Positions 42,475 to 52,860 of a DNA stretch of 64,000 nt are shown one piece after another. Source of the DNA: a virus (Duplodnaviria > Caudoviricetes); the IMG/VR virus record IMGVR_UViG_3300033073_001248, positions 1 through 64,000 of that record. One strand, written 5' to 3'. The translations under genes were made by a program, and so were the position numbers. The notes beneath the pieces are model-generated. The model was not told the origin of the DNA. It was given only the letters and a program-made list of their open reading frames with translations, and did no database searches. Each line of letters begins with the position of its first letter. The first letter of the stretch is position 1.

Positions 42475-42866
42475 GCGGTTACAATACTTACACTCGTTAT
42501 CAACGCATTGAAGCACAAGCCAAGAGTTTGGGCTTTCGTTTAGGACGCCCCCCGCACCACTACAGTCCAAAAGATTACGGCGATATGGTCACACTGTATC
42601 CCGATGATACTGCACTGCCCATTTACAGCCGCGATGCTGAAATTTGGACCAGCACATTTGATGGCATCGAACTGTTTTTGACCGGTTGGGCAAAGGCACA
42701 ACAGTATGACGCTATGTTGCGTATGACTGATGACAAGCGCCGCAAGCAATACGAAGCTAAAGAAGTTGAGCGTCAACGAGTAGTTAAAGAGCGTGAAGAA
42801 AAGCGAAAGATGTTTGCTATTCTGGCAAACAAATCCGAAAAACAAGTTGAAAAATTGGTGAAATAA
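42471..42866 (+). CDS. hypothetical protein
   Basis: 131 aa, ATGA overlap. Confidence 0.6.
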   Translation: MSGYNTYTRYQRIEAQAKSLGFRLGRPPHHYSPKDYGDMVTLYPDDTALPIYSRDAEIWTSTFDGIELFLTGWAKAQQYDAMLRMTDDKRRKQYEAKEVERQRVVKEREEKRKMFAILANKSEKQVEKLVK

Positions 42867-42988
42867 TGGAGACATATATGTTTGAAATTTGGGATGGTGA
42901 TATGTTTTTGTTTACTGTGGCGTTCGAATCAGAGGCAGACCTGTATCGTGAACAGGGGTATACATTAAAGGAAATTGTCAATGCTTGA
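42866..42988 (+). CDS. small hypothetical protein (40 aa)
   Basis: METYMFEIWDGDMFLFTV...; TAATG coupling. Confidence 0.45.
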   Translation: METYMFEIWDGDMFLFTVAFESEADLYREQGYTLKEIVNA

Positions 42989-43160
42989 GCAGATTGTTTT
43001 AGTTGCTGTCTTGACTTTGCCCAATAGTTCCGCTATAGTGCAAGAAGTACAGGGCAGATATCAAACCATGCAGGAATGTCAGCGAGGTCGAACCAAAGCA
43101 CTCACAGTGCCGGATCGATATCGCAAAAGTCTTGTATGTTTGCCAGTAGACCCCGATTAA
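42981..43160 (+). CDS. small hypothetical protein
   Basis: Hydrophobic N-terminus, C..R...C pattern. Confidence 0.5.
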   Translation: MLEQIVLVAVLTLPNSSAIVQEVQGRYQTMQECQRGRTKALTVPDRYRKSLVCLPVDPD

Positions 43161-43172
43161 CAAGGAATAATT

Positions 43173-44189
43173 ATGCCTCGCAAGAAAAAAGAAGTTGTGG
43201 AATCTAATCCAGAACACGACAAACTGATTGAAACATTAAAATTTACTCCACGCACTTATAAGATCTTACTGTGGGGCTATGGTGGTGAAACAGTCATGGG
43301 CACTGTCAGTCGTGCTACCTATGACTACTTTAGGCAACACAGAATTAGTGTAAGTGACTATGCTTGGGATTACAGTGACGATGATAATCCCCTGCCCGAA
43401 GTACCTGAAGAACTGCAACCATTCACTCCTGGATCATGGCATGACTGTGATGACATGGGACACTGTTGGGGAGTAGATCGCAGTGCTGGCACTATACAAG
43501 TTCAAGATGAAAACGACAATACAGTTTATGAAAAATCCTTAGACGATATCAGCGGTATGGGCGTTGACGAAGAAAATCCCGAACAGTCGGAACCTGAATG
43601 GACCTGCGGTGACGAAATTTGGATTGACAGTCAACCCGCAGGCACTGTAGTATTCATTGGCAACAGCAGTGAAAAAGGCACTTTCTTTGAAGGCGAAATT
43701 GAACTCAAATCACCATTCAATCCAGGCCTTATTACACTGACCTACGACGAAATTGACGGTAATGAAATCATCACTAGCGTTCAATACGACGGTGAAGACA
43801 TTGACAACTTTGGTGGCGACACTTCGGGCAAGAGTTCAGACTTTGGCTTTTATATTGCCGGCAGTCAAAAGGCCACAGGCAAGTGGGAACGATATAAAGA
43901 CATGGATGATATCAACTATGGCCTAACTGAATGGTTCCCTGTTAAAGTAAATCCCGTTCGTGAGGGACAGTACAATATTAAAACCAAAGATGGTTACGAA
44001 TATCGTGCAGCATGGACCGGAGAACGGTGGCGCCAGACTTGGAATGAAGATAAACTTAAAGTAACCGAGTGGCAAGGCATTGCTTACGATCCTGACGAGC
44101 ATTTCTTGCGTGAAGAACTGGATCGACTTTATTTGGAATATCAAAGCCAGTCAGTCGACGATAACCAACCTGTAGAATTTAAAAACTAA
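43173..44189 (+). CDS. acidic hypothetical protein
   Basis: 338 aa, AAGGA SD. Confidence 0.7.
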   Translation: MPRKKKEVVESNPEHDKLIETLKFTPRTYKILLWGYGGETVMGTVSRATYDYFRQHRISVSDYAWDYSDDDNPLPEVPEELQPFTPGSWHDCDDMGHCWGVDRSAGTIQVQDENDNTVYEKSLDDISGMGVDEENPEQSEPEWTCGDEIWIDSQPAGTVVFIGNSSEKGTFFEGEIELKSPFNPGLITLTYDEIDGNEIITSVQYDGEDIDNFGGDTSGKSSDFGFYIAGSQKATGKWERYKDMDDINYGLTEWFPVKVNPVREGQYNIKTKDGYEYRAAWTGERWRQTWNEDKLKVTEWQGIAYDPDEHFLREELDRLYLEYQSQSVDDNQPVEFKN

Positions 44190-44197
44190 GGAGTACT

Positions 44198-44392
44198 ATG
44201 ATGGCAAAAAAATTAAGCAAATTGGCAAAAGTAAATGAAAACATCAGCATCAATCGTTATGACAACGGTTGGATGGTTGAAGTTGGTGGTGTTGACGGCA
44301 ACGGTGAATGGAAAACCGCTAAGATTCTTTGTAACACAGAAGATGAAATGCTGTATGTGGTCAAAGAATGGAACATGATGGAAATCAATTAA
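44198..44392 (+). CDS. small hypothetical protein
   Basis: AAGGAG SD; INRYDNGWMVEV. Confidence 0.65.
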   Translation: MMAKKLSKLAKVNENISINRYDNGWMVEVGGVDGNGEWKTAKILCNTEDEMLYVVKEWNMMEIN

Positions 44393-44404
44393 AAGGAATA
44401 GATC

Positions 44405-44932
44405 ATGGCAGTTTGGAAAATTTCAACACTGGAAAAAAAGTCCTGCGAAGAACGCGAAATTTGGATCAAGGACGGAGAACAAATTGTTCGCGTCAATGGA
44501 TTTCGTTGGGGTACATTTACTGTAGAAACTACTGACGATAATCCTCCCGAAGGCATCACTGCTGACAATCCTGACGGTATTGACATGTACAGTTATTCGG
44601 GAGAAAATGCTCCTGACGGTGCTGAACTGGACAGCATGGATGATGGTTGGTTGGGTGATTGGGAATTTCCTGATGACATGGACGAAGATGAACAGCAACG
44701 CATCATGGATGGCTATGATGAAGATGCATACGAGTTCATGGAAAACGAAGGCTGGTACAACGACGAAACTGAAGCATGGTTGTTTGGTCCTTTGGAAATT
44801 GTTCGCATCGATGAACCCACAGATACAGTAGTTGATCAACCAGAACCAGGCACTGCTCCACATAGGCCTACTGAAACGGCACCAGGTGTCGGCACCATTC
44901 TTGAGGGCCGAAAGAAACAATGGCCTTTTTAA
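44405..44932 (+). CDS. acidic hypothetical protein
   Basis: 175 aa, AAGGA SD. Confidence 0.65.
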   Translation: MAVWKISTLEKKSCEEREIWIKDGEQIVRVNGFRWGTFTVETTDDNPPEGITADNPDGIDMYSYSGENAPDGAELDSMDDGWLGDWEFPDDMDEDEQQRIMDGYDEDAYEFMENEGWYNDETEAWLFGPLEIVRIDEPTDTVVDQPEPGTAPHRPTETAPGVGTILEGRKKQWPF

Positions 44933-45000
44933 AGAATTTGCCCTAAAGGCAAATATCAGTTAACGCTCTAAAACTAGCTCCTGCGTTAATTGATCTTTTA

Positions 45001-45025
45001 GCCCTGCTTCGGCAGGGTTTTTTTT
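45001..45025 (+). terminator. intrinsic terminator ending the early hypothetical cluster
   Basis: GCCCTGC-TTCG-GCAGGGT followed by a T run; a second hairpin ATCAGTTAACGC/GCGTTAATTGAT lies just upstream. Confidence 0.9.
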
Positions 45026-45052
45026 GACTTTGTTGTTTAAATCAAGTACAAT
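45024..45052 (+). promoter_or_regulatory. sigma70-type promoter
   Basis: TTGACT-N17-TACAAT; start almost abuts ATG 45059. Confidence 0.75.
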
Positions 45053-45058
45053 ACACAC

Positions 45059-46108
45059 ATGGTGAAATTTAATTACATTGAAGACTATGTTGAGTTTATT
45101 GGTGGCTATCGTGACATCAATAATCGACAGTTAGGTCTTTTTGACACAGTTCCTGCACCCGTAAGTCTGGCAAGATATGACATTAAAATTGTGGACAGTC
45201 TTGCCAGTCAAACTGCTGAAAGAAATATCAGCTACACTGACAAACAAGCAGAACTGGCTAAAAAGATTGTGCTTAAATATCGTCGACAACTCAGTCAATT
45301 GCCCACGCCTGTTGAAGTTCCTGAAAACATCAGCAGGTACAGAATGGCAATTAGGCAAGTTGATAGAAGCCGCAAAGCTTACATTGAAAACAACAAATTA
45401 ATTCTAAAATTTCCCTATGACAGCGAACTGATCACAGCCGTTAAAAATCAAAGCAAACAAGGTGATGGCTCAGCAGTATTTGATGCAGAAGAAAAAATTT
45501 GGCAGTTTGGTATTACTGAAAGTGTTGTAAACTGGATCTGTGCTATAAGTGAAAATCACAATATTGAAGTTGATAAGTCTGTTACTGATTTATATATTAA
45601 AATCCTCGAGTGCGAACAAAAACCTTTTGCTATTGAACTTAGAGACACTGGTACGGGCTATGAAATTGTTAATGCTGCAGACAGTTTAAAAGAGTATATT
45701 GTTTCTTGCTTGGGGGGCTTTGGCTACGACAATATTGTGGCACTAATTGACAATGCAGAAGTATTAGGTTATACTGTGCCCAAAGAACTGTTGCTGGATT
45801 TTTATAGTAAATTTAGAAGTGAGCTTACAGTAAGGCAACGGCTTTGTGTTAGCCGTAGGCAAAGATATTTTAGCAAAAATAAATTAGGTCTTGAAGAAAT
45901 TGTGGAATATGCTAGGCGTACCAACAGACTACCGGTATATGTCTACGCTACAGGTTTACCAAAAACCAGCACCGAAGAAGTTAAATACTTAAGACAAGAA
46001 GGAGTTGATACTAAAATCAAATGCCTTGTCAGCGAAAGCAGATTGTTAGTGGGCACACGCAAACAAGCTTGGATCAAACAAGCTGAAAAAATCTTTTACA
46101 TTGAATGA
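45059..46108 (+). CDS. hypothetical protein upstream of uvsW
   Basis: 349 aa; LKFPYD...W pattern resembles HARP-like domains. Confidence 0.65.
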   Translation: MVKFNYIEDYVEFIGGYRDINNRQLGLFDTVPAPVSLARYDIKIVDSLASQTAERNISYTDKQAELAKKIVLKYRRQLSQLPTPVEVPENISRYRMAIRQVDRSRKAYIENNKLILKFPYDSELITAVKNQSKQGDGSAVFDAEEKIWQFGITESVVNWICAISENHNIEVDKSVTDLYIKILECEQKPFAIELRDTGTGYEIVNAADSLKEYIVSCLGGFGYDNIVALIDNAEVLGYTVPKELLLDFYSKFRSELTVRQRLCVSRRQRYFSKNKLGLEEIVEYARRTNRLPVYVYATGLPKTSTEEVKYLRQEGVDTKIKCLVSESRLLVGTRKQAWIKQAEKIFYIE

Positions 46109-47565
46109 CTACCTGTATAATTGAAATCAAAGATGAAGTAAACTGTAAACTTCACAATCTTGAATTAACTGACCGCAAGCGATTAGTTGAAAAGTTCAAG
46201 TACGAAATACCTGGCGCAAGATACTTACCCGCAGTTAGACTTGGACGATGGGATGGTAAAGTGCCCTATTTTAATCTCGGCGGCACAACTTACATAAACT
46301 TACTGCCTGACATTATACCCTTTGTTGAAGAACGGGGCTATGATATTGACATACAGGACAGTCGTGAATACAGTACAACATTTGAATTCGAACCTGTAAC
46401 AGAAACTACTTTTGCTGACATCAAGTGGCCCAAGGGACATCCTGCTGAAGGCGAGCCTATTCTATTGCGTGACTATCAAGTAGAAATCGTTAATAAGTTT
46501 TTAGAGAATCCGCAGTGCATTCAGGAAGTGGCCACAGGCGCAGGCAAAACTATTATGACAGCAGCATTATCTGCAAGTGTGCAGAAATATGGTCGTAGTG
46601 TGGTAATTGTACCCAGCAAGAGTTTGGTCACACAGACAGAAGCAGACTATATCAACATGGGCTTAGATGTAGGTGTGCTGTTCGGTGATCGCAAAGAATA
46701 CACACGCACACATACTATCTGTACTTGGCAAAGTCTTAACACACTATTAAAGAATACTAAAAATTACGAAGCAGATGTTACTATTCATGAATTTGTAGAA
46801 AATGTAGTCTGCATCATGGTAGACGAAGCTCACAGTGCCAAAGCAGACGCACTAAAAAGCTTGTTGACTTCTGTATTTGCCACCACACCCATCCGTTGGG
46901 GACTAACGGGTACTATTCCCAAAGAAGACTATGCGTTTCAAGCACTAAACTGTTGTATCGGCCCAGTCATGGGCAGACTAAGTGCCAGCGAACTTCAAGA
47001 AGCAGGCCATCTCAGCAATTGTCATGTAAATATAGTTCAATTGGTAGACTATGTAGAGTACAAAGACTATCAACAAGAGCTTAGATACTTACTGGAAACT
47101 GAATCAAGAATTGACTATCTCAGTCAATTAATTAATAAAATATCTGAATCGGGCAATACATTGGTCTTAGTGGATCGTGTGGGTCCAGGCAAAGAATTAG
47201 CCAGTAAAATCAATAATGCTGTGTTTGTGTCGGGCGCGACCAAAGCAAAGGATCGAAAGGAAGAATACGATGAAGTGGCTGTTTCAGATGGGAAGGTTAT
47301 TGTGGCGACTTATGGTGTGGCCGCTGTGGGTATTAATATTCCTAGGATCTTTAATTTGGTTCTTGTGGAGCCCGGAAAAAGCTTTGTCAGGGTTATACAG
47401 TCTATTGGGCGAGGTATTAGGAAAGCGCAAGACAAGGACCATGTTGAAATTTGGGACATCACCTCAACCTGCAAGTTCGCAAAACGACACCTTACCAAGC
47501 GTAAAGCATTCTACAAAGAAGCCAACTACCCATTCAGTTTGGAAAAATTAGACTGGCAGGCTTGA
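46105..47565 (+). CDS. uvsW: UvsW-like SF2 DNA helicase
   Basis: ATGAGKT, VDEAH, GLTGT, GINIP, QSIGRGIR. Confidence 0.92.
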   Translation: MTTCIIEIKDEVNCKLHNLELTDRKRLVEKFKYEIPGARYLPAVRLGRWDGKVPYFNLGGTTYINLLPDIIPFVEERGYDIDIQDSREYSTTFEFEPVTETTFADIKWPKGHPAEGEPILLRDYQVEIVNKFLENPQCIQEVATGAGKTIMTAALSASVQKYGRSVVIVPSKSLVTQTEADYINMGLDVGVLFGDRKEYTRTHTICTWQSLNTLLKNTKNYEADVTIHEFVENVVCIMVDEAHSAKADALKSLLTSVFATTPIRWGLTGTIPKEDYAFQALNCCIGPVMGRLSASELQEAGHLSNCHVNIVQLVDYVEYKDYQQELRYLLETESRIDYLSQLINKISESGNTLVLVDRVGPGKELASKINNAVFVSGATKAKDRKEEYDEVAVSDGKVIVATYGVAAVGINIPRIFNLVLVEPGKSFVRVIQSIGRGIRKAQDKDHVEIWDITSTCKFAKRHLTKRKAFYKEANYPFSLEKLDWQA

Positions 47566-47609
47566 CAATTTTGTCAGTTAGTATATACTAGCTGAAATTT
47601 ATTTTACTT

Positions 47610-48116
47610 ATGAGATTATTAACACTAGAACATAACGCAGCCTACGAGCTTAACGAAATACCCGAAGAAGTAGATGATGTAAGATTTTGTGTCTTAGACA
47701 ATAGTGACCCAAAAGACCCTGACTACTTTTTTATACCCTTAATATTTTTAGAATCATTTAACAGCCCGGCACTAGTGCTAAACATTGGGGGCAATGTTGT
47801 AAAGATGCCCATGGACTGGCAAATACTAATAGGTGAACCTGACTTGGGGGACTTAGAAGTAGTGCCCTTGACTAGTATTAATGATCGTGGGTTCAGTGCT
47901 TTTGCTTTTAATCCTCTTGCAAGTTTTAGACCTGAATTTTTTAAAATCGAAGTAATTGATATATACCAAGATATTAAGTGGTATTTCCCCAAACTTAAAC
48001 CTGGACAAATGCTGGCAGTACCTTTAGAAACTAACAAAGAAAAACCCTTGTGTGTTTACTTTGTTAAAGATATCAGTAGGCAAAGTGAAATAGTTAACTA
48101 TACTAAATGTTGGTAA
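47610..48116 (+). CDS. phage hypothetical protein
   Basis: 168 aa; follows a TTGACA...TATACT promoter. Confidence 0.7.
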   Translation: MRLLTLEHNAAYELNEIPEEVDDVRFCVLDNSDPKDPDYFFIPLIFLESFNSPALVLNIGGNVVKMPMDWQILIGEPDLGDLEVVPLTSINDRGFSAFAFNPLASFRPEFFKIEVIDIYQDIKWYFPKLKPGQMLAVPLETNKEKPLCVYFVKDISRQSEIVNYTKCW

Positions 48117-48126
48117 AGGATAGATT

Positions 48127-48303
48127 ATGAAACTCGAACACGAATGGATTAGAGACCTGCACAAGTTAAGCATGATGTACAATGAGCAACGAGCACACAG
48201 AGATTTCCAAGCTGACGAAGTTTACAAGTTTGTGCAATGGGTCTATGAACAATATGGATACTTTTACAGTAAACCTGAGCTAACCAGTAAACATCACCAA
48301 TGA
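48127..48303 (+). CDS. small hypothetical protein (58 aa)
   Basis: AAGGA SD; MKLEHEWIRDLHKLS...; ATGA coupling to the next gene. Confidence 0.55.
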   Translation: MKLEHEWIRDLHKLSMMYNEQRAHRDFQADEVYKFVQWVYEQYGYFYSKPELTSKHHQ

Positions 48304-49028
48304 CTAAAACTCTGGTAGTTTGTGGCTGTAGCTCAAGTTCTGCCAGTACTAGTCAACCTGGTTCAAGTTACACTGAATTATTGGCTGATAAATTACGCTG
48401 GGACCTTGTGCAATTAGCAAGACCTGGCATAAGCAATGGCGGTATAAGATTACAAATAGATGAATGCATAAAATTAAAACCAGATTTTGCTATCATTGCA
48501 CCGACTTTTCATGATCGAATTGAAATACCAATAAACAAATTTAATAGTGCAGTTGGTTTAAAAAATATAAATTATACCAATGTAGGGTACAATTTATTAA
48601 GCGAATCTCTGTCAAGTTTAGCTGTAAACAAATTAAACCCCGAGAGATGTCAACTATTATCCTCGGCCAAAATCACCGCTGTAAAATACTTTATTGATCA
48701 ACTTTATGATAGTGATTGGAAACAACAGCTAGACACATGGATAATAAGAGATGGTATAACAGCACTATACCTTGCAGGAATTAATTTTATTGTTGTTCCT
48801 GACAATTTATGGTCAGTAGATTCTGTAAGACAAATAATACCTGATTTAATACCTGACCAGTTTTTGATTACTGATTCTAAAATGACACCGTCGCATGCAA
48901 GATTTTTACATCCTGTATTAGATCATGATCCTGGTTATCACAGTGACCCCGCAGGACAACAGTATCTCTCTGAAATATATTACGACATTATAATTAATTG
49001 GGAAAATTATGGGAAATCTAAAACCTAA
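48300..49028 (+). CDS. SGNH-hydrolase-like protein
   Basis: VVCGCS.S, LARPGISN..I, DPGYH. Confidence 0.55.
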   Translation: MTKTLVVCGCSSSSASTSQPGSSYTELLADKLRWDLVQLARPGISNGGIRLQIDECIKLKPDFAIIAPTFHDRIEIPINKFNSAVGLKNINYTNVGYNLLSESLSSLAVNKLNPERCQLLSSAKITAVKYFIDQLYDSDWKQQLDTWIIRDGITALYLAGINFIVVPDNLWSVDSVRQIIPDLIPDQFLITDSKMTPSHARFLHPVLDHDPGYHSDPAGQQYLSEIYYDIIINWENYGKSKT

Positions 49029-49275
49029 CACAACTTATGTTTACGAGCAAGCAAATGGCGTAACCTACGCAAGAGAAATCGGGGCCAACCCCAGTACAAG
49101 AATTGAGATTGGCAGAACTGTTAGTCCTCGCGATTTGGAAGAACAACATTTATGGCAAAAAGTAAGGCAAGTTGCGAAAACCAATCCGGCTTTACAAGCC
49201 GAGATGGATCGTGTTATAATGTTGTATTACCTAATCAAAGAAGAAGAAAAGTCAATTTTTCATCACTCAGTATAA
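49009..49275 (+). CDS. hypothetical protein
   Basis: 88 aa; YVYEQANGVTYARE. Confidence 0.6.
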   Translation: MGNLKPNTTYVYEQANGVTYAREIGANPSTRIEIGRTVSPRDLEEQHLWQKVRQVAKTNPALQAEMDRVIMLYYLIKEEEKSIFHHSV

Positions 49276-49739
49276 TGGACAAGTTATCAATCAACAATGA
49301 AATGGCACAGTTGGACGCCAAAAATTATGACTTTTATGATGAGTTGAACGAAGAAGAACGAAAGAAGTTCAGCACTTATCTTATGTTGCGCTATGCAGCT
49401 AGTGTGCAAGGATCACCTGATCTTCAAGAATGGTATCTCAGAGCCACCAATGACCGCGTTAATCAAAACTTTTTTGATTTAAATAGACATCCAAAACTAC
49501 AATGGTTACTGTGTACAACTGTTAGTCCTGGTATGGGTGTACAGCGACATTATTGGCAAGCCGCCAAAAAGAAAGACAGTGCAAACAGTAAAGCAGTAAA
49601 ATTTATTCTTAAATTGTATCCTCATTTAAAACAAGATGAAGCAGAACTGTTGGCCGAAATCAACACAGAAAAAGATCTCAAGCAGTTTGCACGACAAATG
49701 GGCATGACTGATCAGGAAATTAAAAAGGAACTGGGGTGA
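49275..49739 (+). CDS. T4 gp62-like clamp-loader small subunit
   Basis: KFSTYLMLRY...N.NFFDL..HPKLQWLLC...G.QRHYW...YP. Confidence 0.65.
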   Translation: MDKLSINNEMAQLDAKNYDFYDELNEEERKKFSTYLMLRYAASVQGSPDLQEWYLRATNDRVNQNFFDLNRHPKLQWLLCTTVSPGMGVQRHYWQAAKKKDSANSKAVKFILKLYPHLKQDEAELLAEINTEKDLKQFARQMGMTDQEIKKELG

Positions 49740-50419
49740 CAGTTACTTGTCAGTACTGTAAAAAATCCTTTACTAGAGAAAGCACATTGGCAGCTCATAT
49801 GTGCGAGCCTAAGCGCAGGCATCAAAATCAAACAGATCCTGATGTACAGATGGGTTTCAAAGCTTACTTGCGTTTTTATGAAATCACACAGGGCAGTGCT
49901 AAATTAAAAACCTACGAAGACTTTGCCGGCAGCAGTTATTATTCAGCCTTTGTAAAGTTTGGTCGTCACTGTCGTGGCATTCGTTGTGTTAACTTTGCCA
50001 GCTACACAGACTGGTTGTTGAAAAACAATAAAAAACTAGATCAATGGTCTAAGGATGCATTTTATGTAGAATGGCTGCAACAGTATATGCGTAAAGAAAG
50101 TGTGGATGACGCTGTAGAACGAGCATTCAAAGAAATGCAGGACGCCACTGAAATAGACATAAACTTGCACAATGATTTTAAAAACTACTTTAGATACGGC
50201 TCAAGAAACAGAATCTGTCACCACATTGCCAACGGCAGAATTAGTCCTTGGATCATTTATAACTGTGATACCGGAATAGAATTTCTCAGTGATTTAAATG
50301 AAGAACAATTGGCCATTATCATGCCTTGGATTGATCCTGACTTTTGGCAACAGAAATTTAGAGATTATGTAGCAGATGTTGAATACATCAAAAACATTTT
50401 AAAAGAAGCAGGCCTGTGA
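49736..50419 (+). CDS. C2H2-type Zn-finger protein
   Basis: CQYCKKSF.RE.TL..H.C. Confidence 0.65.
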   Translation: MTVTCQYCKKSFTRESTLAAHMCEPKRRHQNQTDPDVQMGFKAYLRFYEITQGSAKLKTYEDFAGSSYYSAFVKFGRHCRGIRCVNFASYTDWLLKNNKKLDQWSKDAFYVEWLQQYMRKESVDDAVERAFKEMQDATEIDINLHNDFKNYFRYGSRNRICHHIANGRISPWIIYNCDTGIEFLSDLNEEQLAIIMPWIDPDFWQQKFRDYVADVEYIKNILKEAGL

Positions 50420-50640
50420 CTGAAGTTCATATCAAAATTGAAGATATAAGTGAAGCTTACTATTTGTTAGACGAGCTAAAAAAACATGGTTTTGCAGTTA
50501 ACCAAGATTTTGAATGGAGTTATTTTCCCACTAACTGGGACTATTTCACAAATACCAGCACAGACAGAGGCGTTACTTTTGCTTTTAAACAGGATGCCTC
50601 AGCAAGTTGGTTTTTACTAAAATATGGAAATAGATCTTAA
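50416..50640 (+). CDS. hypothetical protein
   Basis: 74 aa, GTGA coupling. Confidence 0.55.
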   Translation: MTEVHIKIEDISEAYYLLDELKKHGFAVNQDFEWSYFPTNWDYFTNTSTDRGVTFAFKQDASASWFLLKYGNRS

Positions 50641-50642
50641 AA

Positions 50643-51368
50643 ATGATTTATATCAACGGCGATAGTTATATGAAAATGTCCGATGGAAAAAATACCGGTG
50701 AATTTTTAGCTGCCAAGTTACAGACCACCGTTATAAACAATAGTATATTAGGGTCATCAAACGAAAGAATATTTAGAACAAGTTTGCGAGATTTAATCAA
50801 TTTAAAAAAAACAACCAATGAAAAAATTACAGCTATAGTTGGTTTAAGTTACATATATAGAAAAAGTATCTGGGATCCGTTGGGACAAGACGACAGATGG
50901 AAACAAAGCAACGACGGCGAATTTGCATGTTATCAAATATTTCAAGGAGAAAATTGGTTAGAAAAATTATTTAAAAATCAATCTTTTAATAATATGCCAG
51001 AACATTTAAAAAAATACAGTAAAGAAATAGCATTATTTTATAATCCTGAAGCAGAAGTAACAAATTTACTGCAATCAGTTGAACTTTTTTCTACTTGGTG
51101 TGAAAATAATAATATCGATTACATTATTTTTTCGGGCCCCCGACAAGAAGATATAATAGATTTTACTGCACCATTTGTTGAACCTTTTTATAATTCTGTT
51201 GTAATAAAAAAAAATGTTTTAAACTTGTTTGAATTTAGTTTTTGTGAATATTGTGCATCACAAGGATTTAAAGGTTTTGATTTTGAAATTTTTGGGAAAT
51301 ATGCACATCACGGTCAAGCTGCTCATGAAAAATTTGCAGATTTTCTAATAGAGCAGTATAATTTGTAA
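50643..51368 (+). CDS. SGNH-hydrolase-like protein
   Basis: YINGDS, GSSNERI.R, HHG..AHE.FA. Confidence 0.6.
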   Translation: MIYINGDSYMKMSDGKNTGEFLAAKLQTTVINNSILGSSNERIFRTSLRDLINLKKTTNEKITAIVGLSYIYRKSIWDPLGQDDRWKQSNDGEFACYQIFQGENWLEKLFKNQSFNNMPEHLKKYSKEIALFYNPEAEVTNLLQSVELFSTWCENNNIDYIIFSGPRQEDIIDFTAPFVEPFYNSVVIKKNVLNLFEFSFCEYCASQGFKGFDFEIFGKYAHHGQAAHEKFADFLIEQYNL

Positions 51369-51369
51369 T

Positions 51370-51969
51370 ATGAAGTTTAAATCAGACATTGACATTGATT
51401 TCGCAGATAGAGATCAAATTCTAAAATTACTCAAGCACACACCTGCTAGTATTATTCGCGACGATAAAGTCACTAAGCATAACACAGGTGTTTACTTTCA
51501 AGCGATACCACAAGATCCCTTTACTGGTCAGGCCAGTTTGGACTATGAAGCAGCAGAAGATCGTGGCTATCTTAAGTTAGACTTTTTAAATGTTAGTGTG
51601 TATGGTCGAGTACAAAGTGAGCAACATCTAGTAGAACTAATGACTACAAAACCCGATTGGGCCAAACTGTATGACCGTGAATTCTGTGAGCAGTTAATTC
51701 ATGTCAACGCACACTATGACACATTAATTAGAATGCCTGAACCGGTGGACAGTATCCCTAGAATGGCTATGTTTTTGGCAGTAATTCGTCCTGCAAAACG
51801 GCACTTGATTGGACAGCCGTGGCGCGAAGTTGCTAAAACTATTTGGGACAAACCTCAAGATGGCAGTTATTTTTTTAAGAAGTCGCATAGCATATCTTAC
51901 GCAACACTAGTAGCTGTAAACATGAATTTAAATGACCCTTCGTACAAGGGTAATGCTGCGACGCTTTGA
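51370..51969 (+). CDS. miniature DnaE (Pol III alpha)-like protein
   Basis: SDIDIDF, KHNTGVY, GYLKLDFL, FFKKSHSISYA in order, compressed into 199 aa. Confidence 0.75.
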   Translation: MKFKSDIDIDFADRDQILKLLKHTPASIIRDDKVTKHNTGVYFQAIPQDPFTGQASLDYEAAEDRGYLKLDFLNVSVYGRVQSEQHLVELMTTKPDWAKLYDREFCEQLIHVNAHYDTLIRMPEPVDSIPRMAMFLAVIRPAKRHLIGQPWREVAKTIWDKPQDGSYFFKKSHSISYATLVAVNMNLNDPSYKGNAATL

Positions 51970-52299
51970 ACGCTTTTGAGCGTTTTCTTTAAGGCTCAGT
52001 GCAGGCCCATATTTTACCTCAACATCCTTACTGTTGAATGTCTTTAATGTTGGCCTAAATGGGTGCCATTCTGTTTTTAGAAATATGTTAATGGGCACCA
52101 TTCTATTGCTTTCCCACCACCAAGCTTCACCCAGTTCTAAGTAAAGCCGTTTCTGCTCGGGTGTTTTTAATACAGCAAAATCATAGATGCTGGTTATTAC
52201 ATCATCTATGTTCTGTATGATTCCTATATATTCGTTCCCCCCATAAGTTAAAAAACTTAAAAAGGGATAGTCGTCTAATAATTTCTGATAGTCCTGCAC
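51928..52299 (-). CDS. phage hypothetical protein
   Basis: 123 aa; YIGII, WWWESNR..PINIF. Confidence 0.65.
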   Translation of the reverse strand: MQDYQKLLDDYPFLSFLTYGGNEYIGIIQNIDDVITSIYDFAVLKTPEQKRLYLELGEAWWWESNRMVPINIFLKTEWHPFRPTLKTFNSKDVEVKYGPALSLKENAQKRSKRRSITLVRRVI

Positions 52300-52359
52300 G
52301 AAGTTATTTATATGCTGTTATTTGTAGCTTTTTGAATATGGCTTTCGAATAAATACTCT

Positions 52360-52860
52360 ATGCAGCAGATTAATACATACATCTACGACAATACGATCCT
52401 GATTCAGATAGCTACGGATCCAGAAATTGAACAAAGGAACAGAGTTGTGTACACTAGAACTATAACAGTCTACAAAGGTGTAGACAATATTATCAAAGTA
52501 AAAGTCCAAAATCAGGATCAAAAACCCTATAATCTCACTAATGTACAGCCTTTGGTTTTTAGTGTCATTGACGATTATGTTACCAGCAACGCTAATGTTA
52601 TATTTCAAAGCAATGTAACAATCAGCAACGCCACAGCAGGCATCGGAACTGTAACTATCCCCGTTATAAACATTAATGCATTTGAGCGTGAACAGTACAT
52701 TTACTCACTTTATTACACAACAGGCAACACACAACAACCTGCTTATGTAGATGACAACTGGGGAGCTCAAGGGCAAATGGTTGTTGTGGGTACTGCATAT
52801 CCGGAATTTACAGGCAATATATTTGTTGGCGACCCCGTAGAGGATTTGGGCACACTATAA
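52360..52860 (+). CDS. virion/baseplate-type protein (BppU-N-like Ig fold)
   Basis: KVQNQDQKPYNLT...A..GIGTVTI...Y.YSL; TAAATA upstream. Confidence 0.55.
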   Translation: MQQINTYIYDNTILIQIATDPEIEQRNRVVYTRTITVYKGVDNIIKVKVQNQDQKPYNLTNVQPLVFSVIDDYVTSNANVIFQSNVTISNATAGIGTVTIPVININAFEREQYIYSLYYTTGNTQQPAYVDDNWGAQGQMVVVGTAYPEFTGNIFVGDPVEDLGTL

